Shown here: positions 1 through 12,501 of the stretch, one piece after another
How positions within the stretch are numbered: the first letter of the stretch is position 1
Layout of the letters: each line of letters begins with the position of its first letter
Assembly: GCA_965649825.1 (NCBI GenBank)
Contig: OZ287694.1
Coordinates: 2,492,902-2,556,901 of the forward strand
Origin: Penicillus capitatus
Taxonomy: Eukaryota > Plantae > Chlorophyta
Direction of reading: 5' to 3'
Length of the DNA stretch: 64,000 nucleotides
Position numbers and translations under genes: made by a program
Notes under the pieces: generated by a model
Told to the model about the DNA's origin: nothing
Databases searched by the model: none
Seen by the model: only the letters and a program-made list of their open reading frames with translations

Positions 1-1338
1 CTGGACGAAGACTTTCGAATTTGGTCAGCGGGACTGGTGCGTCGCGTTCCTTGCCCTTTAGAGATCGCTTTCGCATGTGTGGATGCTGAAGGGGTCTGTG
101 GATGGTGGAACGTCAGGGAGCATGTCAGACGTTCTTTCTGCATCTTCCTTCAGAACTGGACAACACCTTCGTCGACTGTCGAGTCATTCTGTTCAATCGT
201 ACCTTTCCAGATAAAAGCGTCGCCGCTCGTAAGCATGTGTTCGATGCCGTGGACCGCCGAGAGGTGACGGAGTGGGAATGCTGTCTAGGAAAGCAAGGAA
301 GAGGATGGCTGCTCAAGATACCGACCGGCGATTTTCGTCTGAGCTTCTCTGACAGTCAGGAAGGGTTCTTACATGATGGTTGGTTACTGTTTGGACTGCG
401 GATTGCCATTTTAGACAAGCAATCAGCATGCTTCCCCCATCCTCGGGCATTTGAACGGGCGATGGTTTCCGTCGAAGTGATCACAGACAGGCGCATCCGT
501 GAGCATGTGGAGAACAGAGGGCTCTCCAGAGTCTTCCGCATTCCGCGAAGCAAAACGTACATCCTGCCGGTGCACGCACCGCTCGAGACTGTTCGAGAAA
601 AGGCACGCCGTCAAGTAATGTCTCTCTTTCAGACGGGGTGTGCTGGCACAGATCGAGCGAGATGCTGGGCCACATGCAGTGCCGTCGACGACATGGCTGT
701 GTCCTTCCCAGTCCAACGGCATCTTTGCCAGAGTCGTCTGTCTATGCGATCTCGAGGAATTGAAGCCATGTCTTGGCGAATTGGCGAGTCATGACGAGAA
801 TCGGGATGATCATCCAACGCTGACGTTCTTCTTCCGAGAGTGCATAAGCGTTACCCTGATGCGATGGCCTCGTCAATCAGTTCTCCTTTTTGCTATGCTC
901 CTGGATCCCATCGAGCAAAATGTCGAGTACCTTGGCAGTGTGTTCGCCCAGAGGAACACAAAACTCCACGTTCTGTGCTTTACGGATCTCTGTGGCCTTG
1001 ACCGTAAGCTAGAGAACATGGAGTGTACGTTCTTTATATGGGGCGAGACGGAGCAGCTCATGCCAATTCGGACATATCAGCAGACGGTGGAGAAAGTGCG
1101 TCGTCATGCCGTCGATGCTCATGCTGCATGGGCCGCGCCTTAGAGTGGGATGACGACCGGAAGTATCGTGATCGTCCGTCCGATGAACGATGGAGAAACG
1201 GTGACTTCGTCAAGCCTCGCTTTGGAACTCCAGAGCGTGTCTGGAGATCATCCCTTCCGTCATCGTATGACCGAGACGTCGAGCTCGACGCCAACAAATC
1301 AAACCGTACATTCATGTCTCGGCGATTCTCTCCGTTAA
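1..1338 (+). CDS. 5'-partial MATH-domain protein with USP7/UBP12-13-like Ubl2-3 region (3 introns inferred)
   Basis: Spliced translation gives a MATH-like pattern (WTKTFEFGQRDW..FFLHL..LFNRTFPDKS..HVF..GFLHDG). It continues into segments resembling the USP7 C-terminal Ubl domains (VSVEVITDRRIREH; TWLCPSQSNG; VLLFAMLLDPIEQNVEYLGSVF; SGMTTGSIVIV). Stop TAA at 1336-1338. Confidence 0.55.
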
Positions 1339-3013
1339 CATGTGGACGGTGCAGTTCGTTCGTATGGAGAATTCAGTCGTTGACGGACAAGGCAGTGGGA
1401 CATTATCGAGTATCTTCCATGAAGACGAGGAGTAATCTGTCGTCTACTGTTTGTTGCGAGAACTGTGGTGATGATGAGATGGGTCGATCGAAGCAATAAG
1501 AGAGATACGATCATTCAAGATGGCGCTCTCGCTGGCAGCGGAATGCATTTATTTTTCATTAGTTGGAGCCTCTGTTGGCTCTTCACATTCTCAAAGTTAT
1601 GAAGGTTCATACTTCGAAGGGCATTTGATGGGACGCTTCATTCATTCTAGAGGTATTGGGATCTCACAGATTTCTCTCACGATTGCATCTTCGATATAAG
1701 AACACACCGGGGGACGCATTGACACATCTGGTTGTCAACATTCGACATTGCGTGAAAGACGCGTTCTTTCCTTGTACAGAAGCAACACTTGTGTTGGTGG
1801 GTTCGTTTGACGTGCCTCTTGTTGTGCCAATGAACTCGCTTCGCACGGTCATCGTAGAATCCGTTAGTCTGTTTGCAACATCCGAAAGCCGTTCCATACA
1901 GTAATAATGACTCTATGGCAACAGCAACTCGATGCCTATGACTTATATGGCTCTCCAAACTCCTTCCAGCAGCTCGAGGCGCTGTAAAAACAATCTCTAA
2001 CTTCATCTTCGCGAGGTGTTTAAACGGAGAAGATGTTCAGAAAAAATGACACATCCTCGTTCCTTGCCGTGGATAGAGAGGTATTGAAAACTCCTACGTT
2101 TTCATGGACATGAACACTAGGAGCGATGCGCTATCTGCAACATCCTCAGTCCTCCATGTGCAACATGATACTTTATCCTCCTTCTTCTGGCGCGTGCTTA
2201 GCAATTCTGTTCAAGATTCTTCTCCGACACTCTATGCCCTTCTGCTTATTACTTGGTACTGGAAAAGAACGCCGCCGGTGGCATAGACTTTAAGTGCCCA
2301 AGAATGTCTGCAAGAATCGGGAACTTTTTCAGAGATCAGTCAGCTTCAAGATGGTAGCCGCCGTGGTAAAGAGATTCCGTGATAGGAAACTTCGTTAGAG
2401 CACCGGTGTCGGTGTTCTAATATCGAACACCGAGTGAACAACTAGCCGAGGGAAAAAGAACGGAGTGTCCTTTTCTCTGCGCCGAACGACAAAAATCCGT
2501 GGAAGAAAACCATTCATCAGCACGTCAATGAACAAGACTACCGACCACCTCCTACCTTACTGCGAGAAGTCTCTTGCATAGTTATCGTTTCGGCAAAAGG
2601 AGAACTCCATCTGCTCTCAAAAGATCTTTGCAACCACTCCAGTGCATGGCTCTGTGCAAATCGGGCATCAACGGTGCAATTGACGATAAACTACCCGAAC
2701 ACATGTCTCACAGACACATATATGAGCCCTAGATGCAAAATGATGCTGAACGAACACGATTGGTAGAGTTGACGTTTCTCCGTGACGGAAGCCAGATGAC
2801 TGTAATGCAGTGAATGGATCACGCTTGTGCTCGTCGAAGAAGCGCATTTGATCGACATTACACTACTAAACAATTGTGCTTGATAATCGCGCAAGTGCGG
2901 GAGATACAGATGTAACGTCGCTCCCTACAGCCATCGGGAACGGTTAAGTCGACGCGTAACTTTTGGGATCGATGTAACGACTTAAGAAACTAACAGTCGA
3001 ACAGGTACGCGAC

Positions 3014-3511
3014 AACGACGCAAACGAACGCTCGAACGATAGCACAGGAACTCGAGATTATTTACAACAGGAATGTCAACCTTAAGGACCCACGGTGGTT
3101 GTGCGTTTCCTAACCATACTATCTGACAGTCGAGAACTTCAGTGCTTGTTCGACAACCATCGCCCTATTGTTATGAGGAAGTTGGCTCGGAGGCTAGCAC
3201 CCGTCGCAGCTGATGGTCTGCGCGCCTAGGTGGTTACCATGACAGCGAACCACTTCCGACGGCCACGAACGACGGACGGGACGCTACATATCCAACAGTA
3301 ACCACCTAGGCGCGCTGACCATTGGTCGCGACGGGTGTCGGCCTTTGACCTGCCTTTCCAATAACGGTTGGACGATGGTTGCCGAGTGTGGGCTGAAGTT
3401 CCCAGCCGTTAGACGTAAGGTCAGGGAACCCACAACCATCCTAAGTATTTAATGGCGACAATTGCTGTAAGATAATCTCGAGTTCCTAGTGCTAAATCTG
3501 AGTGCGTCGTT
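3014..3511. repeat. Long imperfect inverted repeat / fold-back with a ~60-nt loop
   Basis: Nested reverse-complement matches: 3014-3022/3503-3511; ~3041-3070/~3465-3493; ~3094-3163/~3372-3441; 3198-3207/3328-3337; perfect 18 bp at 3220-3237/3298-3315. Confidence 0.85.
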
Positions 3512-3552
3512 ATCATCATCTTCGTTTCCCGTCTCGAAATGATGCTCTTCAG

Positions 3553-3875
3553 ACTCTCGACCAGTTTCTACAGGACGGCCGGTAGGGTTGATTCGGAGGT
3601 CTGTTCTGTGACAGGCAGCGTCTGCTGCACAATCTGGATAAACTTCTGCACTTCGTCATTGACGAGATCGAATCCAAACTGGTAAGCCAGAAGCTTTGGA
3701 AATGAAGTCCAAGTAAGAAAAGAGTTAGATGATATAATCTGAATGCAGTAGACGACGACATTGGTGGAAAAAGTTAGGGACACATCTGTTGGTTCTCAGA
3801 ACTGAGAGTCTGATGGTAGATCTCGACCCAGAAGAGAACCAGAAGCGTGTGCGCTATAAGGAAAAGCAGACCTAA
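3553..3875 (+). pseudogene. Orphan exon-like coding fragments of unknown identity
   Basis: GT-AG-bounded pieces translate to TLDQFLQDGRQRLLHNLDKLLHFVIDEIESKL and LLVLRTESLMVDLDPEENQKRVRYKEKQT*. I could not join them into an intact model. Confidence 0.25.
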
Positions 3876-3878
3876 GAA

Positions 3879-3901
3879 TCACCACCACCACCACCACCAC
3901 C
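3879..3901. repeat. (CAC/ACC)n microsatellite
   Basis: Direct read: tcaccaccaccaccaccaccacc. Confidence 0.85.
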
Positions 3902-4416
3902 TATCAAAGAGAAAAGTGTGAGAAAAAGTAAACGACGGCGTTAGGTAGATAGGAAATGAAGAGTTGCACTGTACAGGACCCGATGGCCCGTCAAATCGTC
4001 CATGTAAGAATACAGCCCAAACAAAAAGACACCTGGAACACACTTTCTGGGTCGTCCAACCGTCATCTGGAACACGCAATTCAATACGCGTCAGTAATCT
4101 GCATGGCCACGGGGCTCCATGATCATCATGGAAGCCGCCTTGCCCTTAAGCGATGCCGATTATGGCACAGACAGCAAGTGCAGAGGTAACACCAGTAACA
4201 CGTGTACCTGTCATCGCAGCCGTTATGTAGGACGTCGCGTCGGACCGCATACGTAGGAATGGGGAAGGGAAGGGAAGCGAGAATGTTCCAGTCGGGTATG
4301 TGCAGCATGAAGCGACGCAGGGCCATAGGGAGTGACGCCTGCACGTAAGCGCAAATAGATCCACGACGCGAGAAAAGAAAACGTTCGTGGTCGCGGTCAT
4401 TTTTCACCGTATGACG

Positions 4417-4620
4417 GTACCGACGGTGTAGCCATGTTGGACGTCCAGTTGCCATCCTTCAACCCACCCAAGGTGCTCTCCATGTCTACAAGCGAGGCCG
4501 GACACCGAGGCTTCCCTTACGGTGCGGTGGGTGTACTCACCTTGTTCCGGCAGCGACGCCGCGTTTGACGGCACGGTCCTCCTCATCGTAGGCATCCCAA
4601 AACGCATCGACGGCATCCAT
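4417..4620 (-). pseudogene. LTO1: Truncated 5' fragment of LTO1
   Basis: MDAVDAFWDAYDEEDRAVKRGVAAGT/HGEHLGWVEGWQLDVQHGYTV matches the intact copy at 15938 except G>D and R>Q. It ends at the breakpoint. Confidence 0.8.
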
Positions 4621-4964
4621 CTCAATCCGTTTAATGACGTTCCATTTCTGGCGCGTCGTCTTAGTTGGCTCCACTGCTTGGCGCTAAGCAACGCGGCCGG
4701 TCTCCGATGAAGAACGTCGACTGGGAGAAAGTGCGTTGCCTTCCCTGAGTTGACACGCACTCTGCTGACTCGGATCTCTGCTTCGGCGCAGAAACGGACA
4801 ACGGCGATGCACACGATTCGCCGAGACTCTCAAGGTGGGTGCCCTCTTTCGCGTGTCGAGGCCTTGACGAGATGTGGATCGTGGTCCAGGATTCGAGATC
4901 GTTCGTGACGACGAGTCGGGATTCGTCTTCCGTAGGAAGCGTCAGAAAGTGCCGAGCGTCCGGA
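4417..4964. repeat. Copy A of a ~550-bp inverted duplication (LTO1 5' fragment, divergent promoter, DSN1 5' end)
   Basis: Reverse complement of 15592-16141, with about 10 substitutions and one 2-nt indel by manual alignment. Confidence 0.95.
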
Positions 4965-5853
4965 AGGGCACCGTCTCGTTGCCGCCGAAGAACCATTCCC
5001 TCCTGCACTCTGCTCTGGCGAAATCGCTGACCGATGCCATTTCAGCTGCGCTTCAACGACATATCGACAAGACGCTGCTTGAGATGAGAGACAGCAGTCA
5101 AGAGGCGGTCATGCAGAAGCTACTCGACAGATTTGCGTCCAAAATACGCACACCAGATTTTATCCTCCGTTTGGCAAGGATCGTCGATGCCGATGTCCCT
5201 GAGATGAAAGGCATACCCACATCCGTTTCTCCATACCGAGGAACATCTCCTGTGCAGAGGAGGATCCCGTGAAGATACTGCAGGAGGTCTGTCCTCCTGG
5301 AGTGGCCGCCTTTGTCGAAGCGGAGCAGCGAAAGGAATCCGATCTCGAATCGACGTTGGTCAGACTGGCACCGAGAGCATTGCCCGTCTCGAATCCTCTC
5401 GAAGCGCTGCAGAAAGAGATTCGTGCACTTGTGGTTGAAGAGCAGCAATGGAAGGATATTCAGGAAAGCCGTCTCTTTGATGATATGCCATTGGAATGTG
5501 ATGATCGCGAAAAAGCGCCGACGTCGTTGATGAACGAATCTGATCACCTCAAGATCGTGGAGGACAAAGAGAGACTCCTGATTCAGGTCAGCTATCCTCA
5601 AGCACTCCTTGAGCGTTTCAGACGTGTGATGCTCCCTGCTGTCAGTCCATGGAGCTTCGGCAATGGATCACCGTGGCCGAGGAGACGACGGAGACAGCGG
5701 AGCGTCTTTTCAGAGATCTCCAAGTAGGCAGCTCCAGACACACACTCTATTCCTTTCTCTTTTCCTGCAGGCAATGTACAATCAGCACGAAATGGCGAAT
5801 GTGATCGTATCGAACGATCCTCGCATCCTCTTCAAGAATCTCCTGTCCCTCTA
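4807..5853 (+). CDS. DSN1: Probable kinetochore MIS12-complex subunit DSN1 (4 introns, one GC-AG)
   Basis: N-terminal FEIVRDDESGFVFRRKR, central LPVSNPLEALQKEIRALVVEEQQWKDI and C-terminal NDPRILFKNL resemble Dsn1/Mis13 motifs as I recall them. Confidence 0.6.
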
Positions 5854-5951
5854 AACAGGCCATCCTCTCAGTGACCGTCGGCGACGAACAGCAGAAGCTC
5901 ATGGCAACTTGGACAAAGACATTACAGAGAGATGACGATCGCTTTGTCCTT

Positions 5952-6374
5952 CTACTTTAATGGCTGCATCAAGGTGATGGTGTCTCCCTTTATCAGAATG
6001 CGACCTGGCACACATACTCGACGCCGAATGTCGGCAAAAGGAGCTCGATATACCCAAAGGCTTCCGGGTCTTCTTCTTCACGTAGATCTCTTGGGCATCA
6101 TCGAGCACCAAGTTCATATACTCGTCAAATCCCTTCAGACCAGACACGTCACATCAGATCCCCCTGTGACAGATGTTCCGCGTTCGTACAATGATGGTGC
6201 CTTCAATCTTCATGTCCTTCTGCTCGAATATCCAAATCTGAATCCGCTGCCGGTTCTGAAGAAACCGGAAGATCAGGTTCTGGAGAAGGGTTCCAACAGG
6301 TCAGGAATGAAAGGCATCTGCCATGAGATGTGTACGATGGGCTGGGTCATTATACGGTGGGCGCGTCCCGACAT
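5952..6374 (-). CDS. SNRPE: snRNP core protein SmE
   Basis: Spliced: [86 protein letters not shown]. Confidence 0.97.
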
Positions 6375-6616
6375 CTTGAAGGTGTGGATACCGCAGACGA
6401 CGTCGACTCGAAGAGGGGAAGAAGAAGAGAGACTCCAGAAACGAAGAGCCGGTGCGCGTCCCGTTCAATGCGGCATTCGGATTTCGTCGTCGACGACGTT
6501 CGCCGTCATCGATCGGGTCCACCACATTCTGGCCGCCGCCCTCTTCGCACCATTGGCTCCTCTTTTCGTCTCAGATTTTCGTTTGGGCATACAGCAGTCG
6601 AGCAAAGTCTTTGACA

Positions 6617-9241
6617 ATGTCGCGTGTCTTCTGCCTGTGCCGCTTTGGCAGACGGCTGACGAGGCTAAGAAGCTTTAGCCGTTCGATGACTGTCCCCGCC
6701 TATTACAGACTGGCACGGCGCTTCAGGTAGAGACACTCTCTTCTACCTTCTCTACGAGTCCTGAGATCTGGATCGCGATCCTGTTGACTGACGCCTTGCC
6801 ACATGTGTTATCGTGACAGTTCAAGTGTTTCCCCTCAAATGAGGGCCTCGTGTCTGAGGTCTTTTCATCCACATACGACCCCTATGACAACGCGTTTCCT
6901 AAGAGGCCTGTCTTCTTGTGCGATGCGACATCTTTACTTGAAGAGATCGACTTGTCCGATTTCTTTCAGTGCCGACGGATGGGACAGAGTTGGAAATGCC
7001 CGCTCTCTCGCCGACAATGGAAAAGGTCACACTTTCGAGGTGTGATGTGACCCTTGTTCACAGAAGGATGAAATGGGATAGGGAGGAATTGCATCGTGGC
7101 TGAAGAAGGAAGGCGACAAAGTCTCTCCAGGGGATGCCATCGCCGAGATCGAAACAGACAAAGCGACTCTGGAATGGGAACTGACAGACGGAGGGTAGAC
7201 ACCCCATGTCAAAGGCCAACACGTGTGTGGAGCTCAGTCTTATATGGCAGATACATTGCGAAGATCCTTTATCGGGCCGGGGAAAAAGACATCCCTGTCG
7301 GAACCTGTGTGGCGATTCTGGTAGACGAGGAGAAAGATGTGGCAGCCTACAAGGACTACACACACGATCCCGGCGCATCAGGTCCACTCCAAATATGTCA
7401 TAGAGGCGGTGGATGTGCTTACGGTGGAATGTTGTTGTTCAGTTGCCGCATCTGCCACGCCTGCTGCATCCGTTGCATCTGCTGCACAGCAAGCTCCTTC
7501 TACAGAGGCCACTCCTGTTACTCAGGCATCGCCTCTCAAAGACTATCCAGCCCATACAGTGGTGGATTTCCCGGCCCTGTCACCTACGATGGAGCGGGGC
7601 AGTATCGGCACCTGGGTGAAAAAAGCAGGCGATTATGTTTCATCCGGTACTCTCTCTGCTGTATGAAGGCGTACAATGTGCTCCGCTTGCGCAGGAGAGA
7701 CCATCTGCACCATCGTGACGGACAAGGCGACGAACGATTTTGAATGTCTAGATGAAGGATACATCGCAAAGATCCTTGTGCCGGATGGCGCGGAGGATCT
7801 CGTCGTGGGCGACCCAATCGCCATCTTAGTTGATGAAAAAGTGATCTTCTCCTTGCCATAACCATCTGTCTCTCAATCCTTACTCTCGCTGTTCCTATCA
7901 GGACTCTGTGGTAGACTTCCAAGACTTCACCGCAGCGGATGCTGCCAAAAAGCCAGCTGAAGCCGTCAAAGCAGAAGTTGCCGCTCCACCAGGTCAGCTG
8001 CTGAACAGTCAGTTGATGAGACTTACACACCTTCTTTGTTCAGCGGCTGCTCAGTCGTCACAGCCACCTGCACCGACGCCCGTTGCAACTTTAGCGCCGC
8101 CGATGGCGACAACGCCTTCATCCTCTGATGGCGACCGAGTCGCAGCGAGTCCTTTTGCCAAGAAGCTGGCAACAGAGGCCAACATCCAGCTGGTAGATCC
8201 ATAGAGCGACTGGCCAGATCAAGATGGCCTTGTGAACAATAGGAGGGCGTCACTGGATCTGGACCGGGAGGTCGCATCATTGCCGCAGATATTCACAATC
8301 TCATGAACCGTGGTGTGGCGGTCACACCTTCAAAACTAATCGAGCAAGCAGAAGGACCATACATCGATCTGCCTTTGTCGCAGATTCGACGAGTCGTTGC
8401 TGAGAGGCTAACAGAATCCAAGCAGACCATACCGCACTATTACTTGACAGTCGACTGCTATGTGGATGAACTCATCGGCCTCAGAAAGAAACTCAATGCC
8501 AAGCTCGAGAAGGAAGGCACAGGTGTCAAACTCTCCATCAACGATTTCATCATCAAGGCAGCAGCACTGGCAAGAGAAACACATCCTTATACACAGAGAC
8601 AGAGAATCTGTATTCGACAGGCTTTGAAGCGTGTGCCCGAAGTTAACAGTTCGTGGCAAGGGGACTTCATCCGGCAATACAATGCTGCTCATGTCACGGT
8701 GGCCGTGCAAACCGATGCGGGTCTCATGGTCCCAGTCGTGAAGAATGCCGATGTCATCGGCTTGCAGTCGATCTCCACCGAAGTGAAGTCGCTAGCAGAA
8801 AAGGTACTGAATGATCATAAGAAACCAACTGCAGACCCACCACCAACCATCCTAACCGGCATGAGCACTTTATGTTTTAGGCCAAGAATGGAAAACTGAG
8901 GCCCGAGGATTACACGGGTGGTACATTTACCATCTCGAATTTGGGAATGTTCGGCATCAAGCAGTTCTGTGCTATTGTGAATCCACCCCAGGCAGCAATC
9001 CTTGCCGTGGGCGGAACACAGCCACGGCTCATCAGAGATGCCACCGAGGGCGAAATTCAGCAAAAGTACATCCATTTATCTTTGCGTAAGAAGGAAGCCA
9101 TGTCCATGGAATCTGTAATGTAGGACAGTTATGAGCTGCACGCTTTCGTGTGATCATCGAGTGGTGGATGGAGCTGTCGGTGCCACGTGGATGAAAGCAT
9201 TCAGGAATTACTTGGAACAGCCACTAATGATGCTGCTCTAA
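6617..9241 (+). CDS. DLAT: Mitochondrial pyruvate dehydrogenase E2 with two lipoyl domains
   Basis: Arg-rich presequence; [16 protein letters not shown] and [16 protein letters not shown] lipoyl domains; [11 protein letters not shown] and [10 protein letters not shown]3-binding domain; [13 protein letters not shown] and DHRVVDGA catalytic motifs. Confidence 0.95.
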
Positions 9242-10246
9242 CCCTTCCTCCATCCCTCTTTCCCTCCATCCTGCATGAGATCTCCGTATTCACGAACATG
9301 GGACGATCAATATATCTCTACATTAACATCGCATCATCCCACTTTCCAACCTTCTTTTCTTCCAATAGCGACAGCAACCGAGCCAGCCAACCAACCAGCC
9401 ATTCGATCCGCTTGAGAAAAGAATGGATCTGCATCCATTTCGTAGGAGAGAGTGAGTGAGTGCATTCATCAAAGTTTCGCTTTAGAGTTCAGAATCCAAT
9501 CTACGTTTACACGCATTTGCCAACCGATACCACGAGGCAGAACAGGTGTGATCTCTTGGCAGCAGCCCCTTGAAACAAGGCTAGTCAAAGCACGCATTAA
9601 CAAAGGAACTGAGGAGAGTTACAAACACATGCAAATCCTTTGCCGGATGAGAAACCGCTTCGTTGTCCAAGAGAAGTCATGTTCATCATCCTGCATCTTG
9701 GTCTAGATACTGCCTTTCTCTGCCAAGCCAACAACCAATGAAACCCATGTCCTTCCAAGTACAGAAAGCACCATGCGTAACTTTGGTTTCCGTTTTTTAT
9801 TTTAAAGAGCAAAATGCCGTATGGACTTGGCAAAGCCACGAACAAACAGAACCCCAACACCATATAACTTGATGATGATGATCAGTGATTTTGTTTATTC
9901 GATGGCTTTGGTCAGACAGAAACGGTATGACTAGCAACAGTGTTCCAGAGACACACATGCACAAAGATCGTCGTCATAGGGATTTGGAATGAGCCTTGTG
10001 TTTATGTCGTCTGCATGCAGAATCATTCTGGCTCCAATACTCAAAGATGAACGAACGAACGAACGAACGTCTGTATTACAAAAATGAGAGACAGAAGCTT
10101 TCCCATCCAGTCGTTGATCGAATCGCCAGTCCAAATCCGATTCAACCCAACCAACCAGCCAACCCAGTCCAATCCGATCCATACTGAATGAAGCAAACAA
10201 GAACTACCCCGAGTGTGCATGCATGCAAAGTCACACTGCTCTCCAT

Positions 10247-12187
10247 TCATTGAGCTTTCTGGGAAGCAGCGCCTTCCAACAAAGCCCAGTTCTTTGATCT
10301 CTCACTCAGTTCGGTTTTCTGCCTTTCTTCTTCTTGGAGGTACAGATCGTAGTACTACACACCACAGGGAGTGTCATCATCATCGTCATCACCCGTAGAG
10401 GATGTCTCTCTCATGCCGTCGGTATGCATGGACGAGATGGGACGTACGTACCCTTTCGTACAGATCCTTGTCCATTTCTTGGATGAACTTTCGGACACTG
10501 ATCGTGAGCGTGTGAACGGATGGATTCCAATGTCTGTTGGCATTCTCTTCCAAAGCAGGAACCAGTATTGGAACCAGATCCACTCGGAACTGACTCAGTA
10601 ATCCCATGACACATTCATTGTTCATAAACAGCAACAAAGAACGTTCTGCCACCTGTCTCCAACAACACAGAGCGATCAGATCCCACTCCATCATAGCATG
10701 CATGACACGCAATGAATGATCATTTGGGAGACGGACGCACTTGGAAATGGGAGCTGTTTATGCACTTGGCTAATTGGCGAAAGAGCGGTTTCATCACTTT
10801 CTGAAATTCGCCTAACTGTGTCAACTCCAAGATGTCTTCCAGTTCTTCTAAGAATAAAACCTCCTTTGGACTGTTGGTCACTGGCCAATATTTCAACAAA
10901 GATCTCAGCACCGGATCAGCCAGAGTATAATCCTTTTCAACGAACTGGAAAGGCAAATCCATGCAATCAATATCAGACCGATCATCGCACACACGGATCG
11001 ACAGGCCAACGCACTTGAGTCACGCAGTATGATAGATGTGAGTGGTACATGGACAGACACTTTGGCTTATGCAATGGCATCAGTGCTTTCTGCAAGAATA
11101 TCTGCAAACAAGGACAACAGGATGCAGCTGTTAGTGATGCTGTGTCGCTGCACCTTGTGCTCTTCTTTCAGCGGCAAAGCGAATCCATTAATGATGCTCC
11201 CTAGAATCTCCAGCAACTCTGCAATTCCTGAGTGTCTCTCCGTTTCGAAGATAAATCGGTAGAACACATTGTTTATCGCTTTCCGTATGAACGACCTGTC
11301 ATTCGCAGGAGATCGATCTTCGATCTCTGTTGTCCCATTCAACGAGGCGAGATCACCTGTGCACCATGAACTTTCCATAGATCCTGTGAAGAATGGTCTT
11401 GAGGTAATCTCTCTCTCTTGGATCCTCAGAATCAAACAGCTCCAGGAGCTTCAGGATGAAGGAATGATCTATGTATTTCTTTGCTTGGCGCGCCTCGGTG
11501 TCGGCCGACACAACATATCTCAACAAGAACTCATAAACCAGCTGCCAATCACACATCGCTGTCGTCATCGAAAGAGGAAGAGCGGGAAGGATAGGGTATC
11601 ATCTTTACCTGCAGATGTGGCCAGGCTGGCTCGAGTGTGGGTTCCTCTTCCTCCGGGTCGAATGCTTCATCGTTGTGATTTCGTGAAGGCGGTAACGTTC
11701 TGAACAGATTGTTGCTCAACATGAAGATCACATCTTCGGAAACGGCCTCTGTGAACTTTCCCGGTCCTCCATTCACATAATCCACGAGTTCCAGTAAAGT
11801 GGTCCTCTTCATTTCTTTCTCGACCAGTTCTTTGGAAGGGTCGGAAAAATCGAACAGAAATGCACATTGGTGCAGTTTCTTGACAAACAGATTCTGTTTG
11901 GCCGTGTTTGGCACATCTCTGAAGGCTGGAAGCTTCTCGGCATACATAGCCTTTTTCGATGATTCGTTTAGAGCAGGTAGCGGTGGTTTTTCTCTGGGCA
12001 CTGACGCCGCCGCTGACCTTGGATTTCCTTGCTGATTCGCCTGTTGGCCACTCGTGCCAGTAGTCGTGCCCTTAACCTTTATGGTACCCTCTGCGAGAGG
12101 TCGACCGTTAGAACTTCCTTGAGTGGAGGACTCAGGCGAAGAAGAACGTTCGACTGGACGTCTAACGGCATTAATGCGTTTCCACAT
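10247..12187 (-). CDS. PPP2R5: PP2A regulatory subunit B' (B56)
   Basis: [73 protein letters not shown]. Confidence 0.96.
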
Positions 12188-12501
12188 GTCCACGAACAGA
12201 GGCGCAAAGATATGATAGCTATGCTGCTTGATAACACTCACTCTCCACGCGACGGCAGAGAACAGGCCGAGCCACAGGTAAGCAAAAAGTTATCCCGTTT
12301 ACACCGAACACAACTAACGGTGCGTCGCGATGAAAGAAATCTCGACAAAGGCAATAGTGGAGGCGCTCGACGGAGCGATACGGACAATGGAAACGAGAAA
12401 GTGCCGTATCTCCGTGTACGACGGTAGAGAAACGGTCTCTCCTTTCAAGACAAGAAACGTCCCATCAATGTTTTTCATGTGTGTATGCATGCATGCATGC
12501 A

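Noticed and set aside
1500-2900. Short ORFs with possible exon-like pieces
   Set aside because: Could not be assembled into a coherent frame or assigned to a family.
3014-3511. Viroid-, retrozyme- or SRP-like RNA
   Set aside because: No hammerhead core (CUGANGA..GAAA) or SRP motifs found. Mismatches do not favour one strand. Kept only as a generic hairpin.
5932-6678. 248-aa plus-strand ORF
   Set aside because: Antisense to the well-supported SmE gene and its promoter; no recognisable motifs.
9370-10170. (CCAA/CCAG)n, (GAAC)n and (GAT)n tracts between DLAT and PP2A B'
   Set aside because: Ordinary short 3'-UTR microsatellites.
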